DNA of 64,000 nt from Candidatus Iainarchaeum sp. (GTDB taxonomy: Archaea > Iainarchaeota > Iainarchaeia > Iainarchaeales > JAZDFD01), in assembly GCA_043808155.1 (NCBI GenBank), contig JAZDFD010000016.1:15785-79784 (forward strand), given 5' to 3'. Positions within the stretch are counted from its first letter, which is position 1. Each line of letters opens with the position of its first letter. The translations under genes were made by a program, and so were the position numbers. Of this stretch, positions 39,010-48,543 are shown piece by piece. The notes beneath the pieces were generated by a model, which did not search any database, had not been told where the DNA came from, and saw only the letters and a program-made list of their open reading frames with translations.

Positions 39010-41139
39010 ATGATTTTTGAGTTGAGTTTAATGAGAAAATTTTTTTTAGTGTGTGTATTATTGCTGTTTGCATCTAATTGTTTAGCTTACACTGGTTCTG
39101 GTGGATCAATTGACCTGAACTTTGGACATGAATCTGACATTGGTTATTATGATGCTAATGGTGGAAATATTGACACTAATTTTATTGCAGGAGATGCACC
39201 AACAGGTATTTGGGTGGATGAAAATATTACTGCACGAGTGGGTGTTTATTTCGGTGCAAATGCTGCACCAACGGTAACAATAACTGCACCTGATGCAAAT
39301 TATAGCACCACTAACACCACTGTAACAATGACTTATGTTGGAACTGACAGTGACAGTTCAATTGCAAAATATTGGGTGAAATTAGATTCTTCTGACTGGG
39401 TTAGCAATGGAACTAATTTGAGTTATGATTTCATTGCATTAATAGTGGGTGATCACACACTCTATGTAAAAGCAACTGACACTACCGATATCAATTCCTC
39501 TGAAGCAAGCGTAGATATAACAATCACTGAAGAACTCTGTGGCAATGGAACTTGCGATACAGGAGAAGACAGCACTTCATGCCCTGCTGATTGTGACGCT
39601 GGTGATGGAGGCGGCGGAGGCGGCGGAGGCGGCGGCGGCGGAGGAATCCCAAACCTCACTTTAAATGTCACAGGAGTTTGTGCAGGCTACCCAATAACTG
39701 CACTTGTGCTTGACAGAAAACAACTGCCAGTTGAAGGTGCAGAAGTAATTTTAAGAATAAACATTGGTGAACTAATAACAAAACTCACTGATGAAGAAGG
39801 AAAAGCATATTTCACATTAGATTCCGGAACATACACGATTTGGGCTAAAAACGGATCTCAAACTACGCCCCCACAAAATCTAACAATTATTGATTGTGAA
39901 AGCGGTGCTAAGCCTACAACTTTTGCAGTTCGACCTGAAAATATTAATGTTAGATTAAGACAGGGCGAAAGAAAAAGTGATTTTATTTATGTAAAAAATA
40001 TAAGTGATGATACTCTTGAAATGACAATTGATTTATCTGATTTGCAAGGGTTTGTTCGTTTCATTGGCGGATTAAGTGAATACGATTTTCAAATTGATGT
40101 AAATCAGGAAAAAATATTCGAATTAGAATTTAATATTTCCCAGGAAACAACACCAGGAAACTATGTAAAACAAATTATAATATCTAATGGAACAACTATC
40201 CAAGTAATTCCTGTTGCAATGAATATAAGTTCAGGCGGGGCATTATTTGATGTCTCAGTAGAGATTCCAGGAAAATACAAAACAATTTCTGCAGGTGAAG
40301 AACTTCTGGTGCAAGTTGAATTGTACAATTTAGGAAAAACAGGAAGAATAGATGCATTAATTGATTATGAATTAAAAGACATTTTTGGAAACACGCATTT
40401 GATTTCTCAGGAGATGCTTGCTGTTGAAACTAAGATGGCATTCACAAAATTTTTAATAATTCCATTTGATTCTGCACCAGGTGACTATTTCATTGTAATC
40501 ACAGTTTCATATGATGATGAGTTAGCAGTTGCAAGTGATAGTTTTTCAGTTACTGAGCCAATAGACGAAGAATTTGACATAATGCCTACTGTAACATTTG
40601 TTGGTTTAGCCATCGGAGTATTTATGATCTTGCTCTTCTTTTGGAGAAAAAGAACAAGCATCATAGACTTTATTTCTGAAAACATCAAAAAATTAAAAAC
40701 AATAAAACACAGAAAATCAATTGAGAAAAAAATTGAGAAAAAAGCAATTATAAAATCCATGTCTGCAAAACCACCAGTTGCAGAACCCATGCCAGAAACA
40801 AAACCAAAAGAAATTAATCTGGAAAACATTTCAGAAAATCTGAGCATAGTTCATGATGCATATACTCACAACTTAATAACCCATGAAAACTATCTAAAAG
40901 ATATCAATAACATAATCTCTGATTTGGAAAGAGTAATAATGTTAAACTTCATGGAACAGGTAGACTTAAAGAAAACAAAATACGAATCTGAACATCCAGA
41001 GTATGAATTACAACTCATGAAGCTTCTCCAAATGCAAAGAAGTCTTGTTGCAATTAGAGATGCATATGATTTACATCTAATAACTCTTGATTCATTTGAA
41101 CCACACATAGCTGAGCTTATTGAGGAATTAAGCAGTTAA
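39010..41139 (+). CDS. Surface protein with Ig-like domains, Cys-rich module, poly-Gly linker, TM and cytoplasmic tail (start possibly 39031)
   Basis: NAAPTVTITAP..GDHTLYVKATD, CGNGTCDTGEDSTSCPADC, poly-Gly run, LFDV...EELLV, TM followed by RKR. Confidence 0.75.
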   Translation: MIFELSLMRKFFLVCVLLLFASNCLAYTGSGGSIDLNFGHESDIGYYDANGGNIDTNFIAGDAPTGIWVDENITARVGVYFGANAAPTVTITAPDANYSTTNTTVTMTYVGTDSDSSIAKYWVKLDSSDWVSNGTNLSYDFIALIVGDHTLYVKATDTTDINSSEASVDITITEELCGNGTCDTGEDSTSCPADCDAGDGGGGGGGGGGGGGIPNLTLNVTGVCAGYPITALVLDRKQLPVEGAEVILRINIGELITKLTDEEGKAYFTLDSGTYTIWAKNGSQTTPPQNLTIIDCESGAKPTTFAVRPENINVRLRQGERKSDFIYVKNISDDTLEMTIDLSDLQGFVRFIGGLSEYDFQIDVNQEKIFELEFNISQETTPGNYVKQIIISNGTTIQVIPVAMNISSGGALFDVSVEIPGKYKTISAGEELLVQVELYNLGKTGRIDALIDYELKDIFGNTHLISQEMLAVETKMAFTKFLIIPFDSAPGDYFIVITVSYDDELAVASDSFSVTEPIDEEFDIMPTVTFVGLAIGVFMILLFFWRKRTSIIDFISENIKKLKTIKHRKSIEKKIEKKAIIKSMSAKPPVAEPMPETKPKEINLENISENLSIVHDAYTHNLITHENYLKDINNIISDLERVIMLNFMEQVDLKKTKYESEHPEYELQLMKLLQMQRSLVAIRDAYDLHLITLDSFEPHIAELIEELSS

Positions 41140-41188
41140 TTATAAACTGAAAAGCATGTGTAATTTTTCAAAAATTCTGTATTTCCAA

Positions 41189-41830
41189 TCAATATTTCAA
41201 TTTAAAATTAACAACTGACGCTACCAGCAGCAATAATCCGAAAATTAAGAAATAAAAATTTCCTAATCCCGTATCTTCAAAGTAATCTAATTGATAACTC
41301 ATTACATTGGATTCTTTATTAAAAGCAAGATTGTAGGCGCCTATGGGTGCATTGATTGTGGTCGTGATTATTTTGTTATATCCTGCAGCGAAATCCGTGT
41401 AAGTAAAAACCAAACTTTCCGCAGTTTCAGCAGACAAAGTCACTTTCTGTCCGACTGGTGCAACTGCCACTCCCCAAAGACTGTCTCCGTTGTTAACTGC
41501 AACTCCCTTAACAGTATAAGATGCGATTATCTCATTATTGAATTCGTCAACATCCACATCCAAATCTTCAATTTGAATTGGTTGATTTTCCGGTTTAAAA
41601 ATTCTCGCATAAGTATTTAGGTTGGGGTACTGTTGCTTAAAAAGATTAAATGCGCTTGTAGTGAACGAAATTTGTTCATTAACTCTAGCGTCACCGTTTG
41701 ACAAAATATTTATAGTGGATTTTTCATTCATTTCAAGCGAAACAGGATTTTCAGTTTCCAAAGCAAAAACACTGCTGGATAATAAAATCAAACTAACTGA
41801 AAGCAAAAGTGCTCTGTTCATTGTCATCAC
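41189..41830 (-). CDS. Secreted protein with C-terminal TM anchor
   Basis: Signal peptide and C-terminal hydrophobic helix; coupled to the upstream gene. Confidence 0.65.
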   Translation of the reverse strand: MMTMNRALLLSVSLILLSSSVFALETENPVSLEMNEKSTINILSNGDARVNEQISFTTSAFNLFKQQYPNLNTYARIFKPENQPIQIEDLDVDVDEFNNEIIASYTVKGVAVNNGDSLWGVAVAPVGQKVTLSAETAESLVFTYTDFAAGYNKIITTTINAPIGAYNLAFNKESNVMSYQLDYFEDTGLGNFYFLIFGLLLLVASVVNFKLKY

Positions 41831-43449
41831 GCTCCCACCACAAATGTTACAGCAATATCTTCCAACTCATTCATTGCAGTTTGTGTATTTGGATTCAATG
41901 TATCATACAGAAATGCAAATCCATAATTCCCTGCTTCAAAATATTTACCCACACCTTTACCTGTTTCTCCAGTAAAAGCCTGAAAGTTATAAGTTACGAC
42001 AACTCCGTTATAATAATTGGAAATATTTTCCTGACTGACCGATGTTGATTGCACATAACCAACAGTTGATAAAGCTGCTTCAACATAAGTACGCATGTTT
42101 TCTTTTGTTTCATTTGGTTCCCAACTAACTAAAAACTCACTTTTAGTGTCAGGAGACTGAACAAGAACTTCCCCCTCAACAGCGTGGTGAATTACCCAGT
42201 CAGAAGGATAAGTAATAGCCCATTCAGGATTAGCATTTTGGTAAACCCGCATATTTTCTCCAACAATATCCGAAGCACCATCTGTATTAGATTGCCCTCC
42301 TGAAGTTGAATGTGTCTGAGTAAGTGTGTCTTTTACATTCCATTGCTCAAAAACATTTTCCGGTAATGTCTCCAATTGCGGAGGTGTGATTCCTGCTATT
42401 TGCAGAGACTTAATGTCCACTAAAATATTTGGACCCTGCATTGCATTATTGAATACTTGTTCCCCAACTTCAAGTGCTGTCTGAAAACTGGCGTGCTCAT
42501 TTAACTGAGTAGATTCAATTATAACGATGTTTCCGCTTTCAGGAAGTCTTACTACAGGAAATGCGTGGCCTGGCATTAAAATAACATATGCGTCAAGACC
42601 CTGCGAAAGTGCAAGAGATGCAAAAAACAATGCAGTGTCAATGCACGTGCCTGATTTTTCTTTTAATACGTCCCTCGGATATTTAATAAATTGAGAGAAT
42701 TTACCAGTCCAAAAAGCTTCGGGTTCGGTTTTATAAGCAATGTCATTTGCAACCGATAATGTCCACATTCCTTCAAGACTTCTAATCGCATCTTCATCAG
42801 ACAATCTCGCTGCTGTACCACCTGCAAGAGCATTACCCGCGTCAGCAAATTTCATTATTACTGGGTCTGAAGGAGTTGCCCATGCAGCCAGCAAGGGATA
42901 GTTACTTGCAACATCATAAAATGAACCAGTACTTTCTTCCGGAGGAATGCTTGAGAAAATAAAATCATGAACTCCTAAAATGGAAACTGATTTACTGCCG
43001 GTTAATTCTTTTTCTTCACCATCTTTGTTTTTAGAATATGTAAATTTTACATTAATCTTTGAAGGAGTCGGACTTGTTAAATTTGTTAAGTCACTGGACA
43101 AAATAGGATAATACAAATCCACAACCGTGCTACCGGGTAATAACATAGGATAAGTCTGTGTTTCACTCCAATCAGAATAGCCTGCTACATTATACTGCGG
43201 TTTCACGTTGTACAATGGCCTGTCACCAGTATTTGAAATAATTGTTTTCGCAACCCACTGACCAAGCTTTTCATTGCTATAAATTTTATATGTGGCAGAA
43301 ACAATATGTTCAGGAGTCAACATTTCATAAGAAAGTTTTCCTTCCCCCATAGGTTCGGAAGGTAAAAATGCAAAAATCAAAAAACAGAAAAGCGCAAGCA
43401 AAACCAAAAAACCAGACACAATATTTCTAAGGTCAATTTTATGAATCAA
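41827..43449 (-). CDS. Membrane-anchored transglutaminase-like cysteine protease-fold protein
   Basis: QFIKYPRDVL..KSGTCIDTALFFAS, PGHAF, IEST (putative Cys-His-Glu triad); C-terminal PsbP-like ITYPSDW segment. Confidence 0.65.
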   Translation of the reverse strand: MIHKIDLRNIVSGFLVLLALFCFLIFAFLPSEPMGEGKLSYEMLTPEHIVSATYKIYSNEKLGQWVAKTIISNTGDRPLYNVKPQYNVAGYSDWSETQTYPMLLPGSTVVDLYYPILSSDLTNLTSPTPSKINVKFTYSKNKDGEEKELTGSKSVSILGVHDFIFSSIPPEESTGSFYDVASNYPLLAAWATPSDPVIMKFADAGNALAGGTAARLSDEDAIRSLEGMWTLSVANDIAYKTEPEAFWTGKFSQFIKYPRDVLKEKSGTCIDTALFFASLALSQGLDAYVILMPGHAFPVVRLPESGNIVIIESTQLNEHASFQTALEVGEQVFNNAMQGPNILVDIKSLQIAGITPPQLETLPENVFEQWNVKDTLTQTHSTSGGQSNTDGASDIVGENMRVYQNANPEWAITYPSDWVIHHAVEGEVLVQSPDTKSEFLVSWEPNETKENMRTYVEAALSTVGYVQSTSVSQENISNYYNGVVVTYNFQAFTGETGKGVGKYFEAGNYGFAFLYDTLNPNTQTAMNELEDIAVTFVVGA

Positions 43450-43537
43450 ATAATCGCCATCTTAACAAGTTCTTTTTTAAATTATTAAAGTTATTTTTTA
43501 ATTTGATATTTAATTCAATAAACTATTAACTGGTTAA

Positions 43538-43624
43538 TAAAACTTGCTATTATCTAAAACTTGCTATTATATTATGTCCAATTGGACATCTGGCTGAAAT
43601 TCATTATTATGAAATTCATTATTA
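43538..43624. repeat. Two tandem duplications flanking a 16-bp perfect palindrome
   Basis: TAAAACTTGCTATTAT x2 (43538, 43555); ATGTCCAATTGGACAT at 43574-43589; TGAAATTCATTATTA x2 (43595, 43610). Confidence 0.85.
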
Positions 43625-43635
43625 AAATTACACAA

Positions 43636-44787
43636 CTAATTCATAAAAAATATGTATGCATAAATCCCTACTGCTGCAAGAATTAAAACAAAGCCAGCAA
43701 TCACTTCCAGCTCAATTTTGGCGACCTCAAATGTCAATTTCGTGCCCTCACAATCAAAAGCACCATTATTTGATTCAATCTGGCATGCCAAATCAAAATT
43801 TCCTGCAACATCTGAAAAAACCTGATAGTCAAAATAAACAACTTCATTGGGTCTCAAAACACCAATTTCCGTTGTTTCTTCACCAATTAAACCCAATGCA
43901 GAAGGTACCTTAAGAATCAATTTAACATCTGAAATTGCTTCAGAACCGCTGTTTTTGACAATTGCACGTATTTTTGCATAATCTCCTACTTTTTTTATTG
44001 CTGATTCTTTGAAAATATATGCGTCTATTGGATTTTCAGATGATTTAACTGTTATCTCGGGATAATTTGAAAGGATTTCAACTCTGCCGCCAAATTCATT
44101 CTCAAAATGCACTACTGCAGATGGCAAAGTAAAATGTGCAGCAATTGTTGGTTTTATAGTGTATTCCAGTGTGATTGACTCGCCTGCTGCAAGAACACCT
44201 TCCCAGTCACTCTCTCCTTTCAAAACATTAAAACTAGTCACTCCGATTTGTTCTTCAACAACAGGTCGGATGTGTTTTATCTGAATTTCTGCATCTTTGC
44301 TTCCTGAATTTTCCGCAGTTATTGTTATGTTTAATTCCTCACCTAGCATCAATTCAGTTTTTTCAACTTCTTTTATGAATTTTTCTTTTGGCAAATAGGC
44401 TGTTTCATAAAATCCAAAATTACTTTCGTTATGTATAAGAACGTTACCGTAGTTGCAAATCTCAAGTTTATTATTTTCTTCTAAAAATTCCTGAAAATCA
44501 GAAATATACAAATGTTTAACACAAATCCCGTTATCACAAACAAAATCTCTTTCATAAAACTGACCAATTACATGATTATTAAGTGTAACAGGCGTAAACC
44601 AATCCTCACCTATGGCTTCTACTTTCAGTTCTAAAACACCAATATTCTTAGAATCTTCAAAATCTGTGTCTGGGAGCACTAAAAATACAAAATTAGAGCA
44701 TTTCTGCAATTCCTCCTGTGTACTAACTGAATTTATCAGTAAAATCATTAAAAACGTTGTAAACATAACTTTGGCTATGCTGTTCAT
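43636..44787 (-). CDS. Secreted CARDB/BatD-like Ig-domain protein with C-terminal TM
   Basis: ITITAENSGS..A, LAAGESITLEYTIKP..FTLPSA, VKNSGSEAISDVK. Confidence 0.7.
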   Translation of the reverse strand: MNSIAKVMFTTFLMILLINSVSTQEELQKCSNFVFLVLPDTDFEDSKNIGVLELKVEAIGEDWFTPVTLNNHVIGQFYERDFVCDNGICVKHLYISDFQEFLEENNKLEICNYGNVLIHNESNFGFYETAYLPKEKFIKEVEKTELMLGEELNITITAENSGSKDAEIQIKHIRPVVEEQIGVTSFNVLKGESDWEGVLAAGESITLEYTIKPTIAAHFTLPSAVVHFENEFGGRVEILSNYPEITVKSSENPIDAYIFKESAIKKVGDYAKIRAIVKNSGSEAISDVKLILKVPSALGLIGEETTEIGVLRPNEVVYFDYQVFSDVAGNFDLACQIESNNGAFDCEGTKLTFEVAKIELEVIAGFVLILAAVGIYAYIFFMN

Positions 44788-45296
44788 TTCAAAATCCCCC
44801 GCTCTTTAAACTCCTTTAATATTACATACATTGTTTCTTTTATACTTTTCTGGGATTGCACCTCAATTATCTTATTTTTTGGGTATTTTCTCGACATATG
44901 CTTTTTGCAATAGTCAATTCCTTCACAGAAAACATTATCCTGAATTTTGATAGTATCATACTGCTTAGATCCAAGCCTTTCTTCAAGTAACTCAGGATCA
45001 AGCCGTATAAGCACTATAAAATCAACATCTAACGCAATTTCGCACAGCATATGGCCCTCTATAATCACACTTTCTTCTGTTTTTAGCATCGTATTTAATG
45101 CTGTCTTAAGCTTTCCAAGAGGCACAACTAATTCATTCTCTTTAGAATCCCACTGCCCAATTCCCTGTTCCAGAGCGAATTCTTTCTCATTTAAAACCCT
45201 GGATTTTAGTTTCTTTCCAAGTTCCTTAGAAACAGATGTTTTTCCAACTCCTGGGCTCCCAGTAATCGCCAATTTCATGTTATTAAATTGCCACAA
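44784..45296 (-). CDS. Adenylate kinase 6 / Fap7-like NMP kinase
   Basis: ITGSPGVGKT P-loop, IIEGH, LEERL...Y...KIQDNVFCE. Confidence 0.85.
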   Translation of the reverse strand: MWQFNNMKLAITGSPGVGKTSVSKELGKKLKSRVLNEKEFALEQGIGQWDSKENELVVPLGKLKTALNTMLKTEESVIIEGHMLCEIALDVDFIVLIRLDPELLEERLGSKQYDTIKIQDNVFCEGIDYCKKHMSRKYPKNKIIEVQSQKSIKETMYVILKEFKERGILK

Positions 45297-45368
45297 ACTG
45301 AATATAAAACCATTATTTGCTTAGAACAAGCGTTTTAGGGAGAAGGGGTGGGAGGGAAACAAAACATG

Positions 45369-45509
45369 TTATCTCTTGGCTTTTTTTTGAAAAGCAGCCA
45401 CGTAATCAGGTAGAGCTAGCCCCCCCCTATTTAGAGCCTTGCATAGCTCGAGTGCATGCTCTATGTTCAGATGATTATTCGTCATTTTGTCATGGAGCAT
45501 TATAGACAT
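45369..45509 (-). CDS. Unannotated 46-aa protein MSIMLHDKMTNNHLNIEHALELCKALNRGGLALPDYVAAFQKKAKR
   Basis: GGTGA SD at 45516-45520, TATATAAA box at 45547-45554 with a purine-rich BRE, pyrimidine-rich tract after the stop. Confidence 0.6.
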   Translation of the reverse strand: MSIMLHDKMTNNHLNIEHALELCKALNRGGLALPDYVAAFQKKAKR

Positions 45510-45546
45510 TTTCAATCACCGAACGTTACTAGTATAACCAAACCCC

Positions 45547-45561
45547 TTTATATATGTTTCG
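45547..45561 (-). promoter_or_regulatory. BRE-TATA promoter of the 46-aa ORF
   Basis: Minus strand reads CGAAACATATATAAA, about 40 nt upstream of the ATG. Confidence 0.55.
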
Positions 45562-45820
45562 CTGAAGAACGCCAATTTGGGCTTATTTCGTTTTAATTCC
45601 AAATCTGCGCCTTTTATATCCAAAAAGAACGCTAATTTGAGCTTTATTTTTATGTATATGTAAAAATAATTATGTAGAAAAAAAGCATTTTAAAAAATCG
45701 TAAAATTTCGGTTATGTATATGACCTTTATTTTCAATGCTCAGCCTATTTCTGAGCATTTTAAGAAAAGAAAAAAAGTTTTTCCTAACGACCAATACTAT
45801 TAGCCAAACATCATGCAGGC

Positions 45821-47713
45821 CTATCTTAGCCTGATTGCATCAAGATTTCGTAAAGCAGAACTATTAATCTTGAATTTGTTTGCCAAATATTTTGAAAGCT
45901 CAACTGTGTTGTGCTTGTCACCATGGTCTGTAATTATTCTTTTAGGCTTTGGTCTCAAATTACCAACATAAGCAACTAATTGATTCCTGTCACTGTGACC
46001 TGAAAAACCCTCTATGGTTTCAATTCTCATATTGATATTCAGAGCCTTTGTTTTACCATTGCCGGCATGTATCGGTGTTGATAATGCACCAGTTTGGATT
46101 CTCCGTCCCAATGAACCTTCACCCTGGTAACCAACAAATATCAAAGTATTATTTGGATTTTCAGCCATCTTATGCAAATAATGTACAGATGCACCACCTG
46201 TTAGCATACCTGAAGACGCCATAATAATCGAACTTCCTTCCTCAAGTATTTCATCTCTGTTAGTATGATCTACCTGATGGAATAACTCTGAAGTAAAAGG
46301 AGAATCATTCTGCAAAATTCTTCTCTGCACACCCTTTCTCAAATATTCAGGATAAGCAGTGTGAATTGCAGATGCCTCCTTTGTCATACCATCTACATAA
46401 CATTTCGCATCAATCAAACCATTCCTGTAAAAATTTTCAAGCACTAACATAATTTCCTGTGAACGCCCAACTGCAAAAACAGGAATTAAAATGCTTCCGT
46501 CTTTTTGAATTGTTTCTTTTATTATCTGCAATAATCTATCTTCAGAACCTTGTCTTTGTGGTTGTATTGATTCTTTTCCACCATATGTACTTTCTAAAAT
46601 CAAAGTTTCTAATCTTGGATATTTAATATCAACGTGATTAAACAATCTCGTGAATCCGTATTTCATATCCCCACTATAAACCAAATTATGTGCACCTTCT
46701 CCAATATGCAAATGAACAGACGCACTTCCTAAAATATGTGCTGCATTATGCAATGTTAGTCTCATATCTGGTGCAATATCTGTAACTTTTCTATAGTCAC
46801 GCGGAATACATTGTGAAACGCATTTCTTAACATCTCTTTCACTGTATGGGGGCTCCTTTCCCTCTTTTACAAGAACATCAATATAATCAAACTGCAATAA
46901 TGTCATCAAATCTCGTGTAGGTGCTGTGCAGTACACAGGTCCCTCATAACCAAGTTTAAACAAATAAGGCACAAATCCTGAGTGATCAAGATGTGCGTGG
47001 CTTACAACAACGGCATCTAATTCAGTTAATGGAAAATTTAATGCACTCAAATAAGGATAGGGGTCATCATTATTTGCTACATTCACACCGCAATCAAGAA
47101 TCACTTTTGTGTTAGGTGTTTCAATCAACATTGAACTTCTTCCAACTTCCTGGAAACCGCCCAAAGCAATTAATCTAACCCAGTTATCCTTTATTTCTGG
47201 AACATCTCTGTAAATTTTCTCAGCAGTTAATTTCAGAAATTTCTTTCTGTCAGCTGCGTGTGTTTGTAAATGACTTCTTATACCTGCAAGGATTTCAGAT
47301 TTTGAAGTTGGTGCTCTTATAATATCAGGAGTCCATCCTGTCTGAAGTATAATTTCTTTTGAGGTTTCCCCGCCTTTGCCAATTACTACCCCTGGTTTTA
47401 AAGCTTCAATAACAACTTCTGAAAACGCATCTATAAATGCAATATGTTTAACTCCTGCATCTTCAGGAATTATTTTTTCAATTTTCTTCAGAGCTTCTTC
47501 TTTTGGCATTAAAATGCTTTTATCGCCACGGACATTTACAACTTTCTTCAATTCATAAGCCGTTTTTGCAACGTAATTGTCATTTTCAAAAAAAGCTTTT
47601 GGATTCTTTGTGTAAATTGATACCTCTGGCCCCTCTAACTCTACTTTGCTTACTTGTGCTTCAGCAGGCAGTATTTTGTTTACTGTAGCTTTTACTTCAT
47701 CTAGAACTTTCAT
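45821..47713 (-). CDS. fttA: aCPSF1/FttA beta-CASP ribonuclease (transcription termination factor)
   Basis: N-terminal KH domains (KPGVVIGKGG), SHAHLDHSG, AHILGS, ESTYG, GFSGHSD. Confidence 0.95.
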   Translation of the reverse strand: MKVLDEVKATVNKILPAEAQVSKVELEGPEVSIYTKNPKAFFENDNYVAKTAYELKKVVNVRGDKSILMPKEEALKKIEKIIPEDAGVKHIAFIDAFSEVVIEALKPGVVIGKGGETSKEIILQTGWTPDIIRAPTSKSEILAGIRSHLQTHAADRKKFLKLTAEKIYRDVPEIKDNWVRLIALGGFQEVGRSSMLIETPNTKVILDCGVNVANNDDPYPYLSALNFPLTELDAVVVSHAHLDHSGFVPYLFKLGYEGPVYCTAPTRDLMTLLQFDYIDVLVKEGKEPPYSERDVKKCVSQCIPRDYRKVTDIAPDMRLTLHNAAHILGSASVHLHIGEGAHNLVYSGDMKYGFTRLFNHVDIKYPRLETLILESTYGGKESIQPQRQGSEDRLLQIIKETIQKDGSILIPVFAVGRSQEIMLVLENFYRNGLIDAKCYVDGMTKEASAIHTAYPEYLRKGVQRRILQNDSPFTSELFHQVDHTNRDEILEEGSSIIMASSGMLTGGASVHYLHKMAENPNNTLIFVGYQGEGSLGRRIQTGALSTPIHAGNGKTKALNINMRIETIEGFSGHSDRNQLVAYVGNLRPKPKRIITDHGDKHNTVELSKYLANKFKINSSALRNLDAIRLR

Positions 47714-47787
47714 TATGTTTCACTCATCTCTGTTCATTAATGTGGATTTAAAATTAAAGGCAAAATAAAACAAGGAATGAATCCGCC

Positions 47788-48432
47788 TTATTTACTGGTG
47801 GCCTTGCTTTCAATGTATTTTTCAACTTCATTTCTTTTTAATTCTTCAATGCCATTTTTTCTTACAATCATAACGGAGATTGAAACTCCGCCTGTGTAAA
47901 GATCTCTTTTCTTTGCAGCTGAGACTGCTTTAACTGCTAATTTTATTGCTTCTTCTTCGCTCATGTCTTTTTTATATCCGCCATCAATTGTGGCAAGTGC
48001 AAGCTCACTTCCGGAACCTGTAACAGCATATTTATCTCTTTTTAAAACTCCGCCATAAGGAGTAACTTCGTAAATGTCAGCAGTATCATTGAAACCCGCA
48101 ATCAAAAACTGAACAATATAAGGATAGTATCTGTGCGAATTCAAAATGTTTGATAGATAACTTGAAACTGCCTTTGCAGACATTCTAGTTTCTCTTTCAA
48201 TCTCATACAAATATGCCTGACTTCTCAAAAATCTTATTATTGTCAGACTATCTCCGACAGAGCCAGCATTAGTTAAAGCTATATTTTCTGTAATTCTATA
48301 CAGCTTTACTGATTCTTCATCATAAGCCAAGTGGCCCATTGATGCTCTCATATCTGCTGCAAGAATTACTGCATCTTTTGCAACAATTCCGACAGTAGTA
48401 GTTCCAGTTTTAAGGTCTTGTGATTGATCCAA
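47788..48432 (-). CDS. psmB: Proteasome subunit beta
   Basis: Propeptide KTG/TTTVGI, AADMRAS, TGSGS, RDLYTGG; classic adjacency to aCPSF1. Confidence 0.93.
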   Translation of the reverse strand: MDQSQDLKTGTTTVGIVAKDAVILAADMRASMGHLAYDEESVKLYRITENIALTNAGSVGDSLTIIRFLRSQAYLYEIERETRMSAKAVSSYLSNILNSHRYYPYIVQFLIAGFNDTADIYEVTPYGGVLKRDKYAVTGSGSELALATIDGGYKKDMSEEEAIKLAVKAVSAAKKRDLYTGGVSISVMIVRKNGIEELKRNEVEKYIESKATSK

Positions 48433-48543
48433 AAAAACACCATTTAAAATTCAGCTAAAATAAAAACAGCTGGTTAGCCCTTTTATGATATAATCGTTCT
48501 AGCAAACCTTTAAAAACCTAATTTACGGGTTTGCTTTTTTAAA

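Noticed and set aside
39601-39645. GGC microsatellite
   Set aside because: Encodes an ordinary poly-Gly linker common in archaeal surface proteins.
45330-45510. RNase P or SRP RNA (GC-richer, hairpin-forming segment)
   Set aside because: No P4 GAGGAAA signature or SRP helix-8 motif seen; a short ORF with SD and TATA explains it better.
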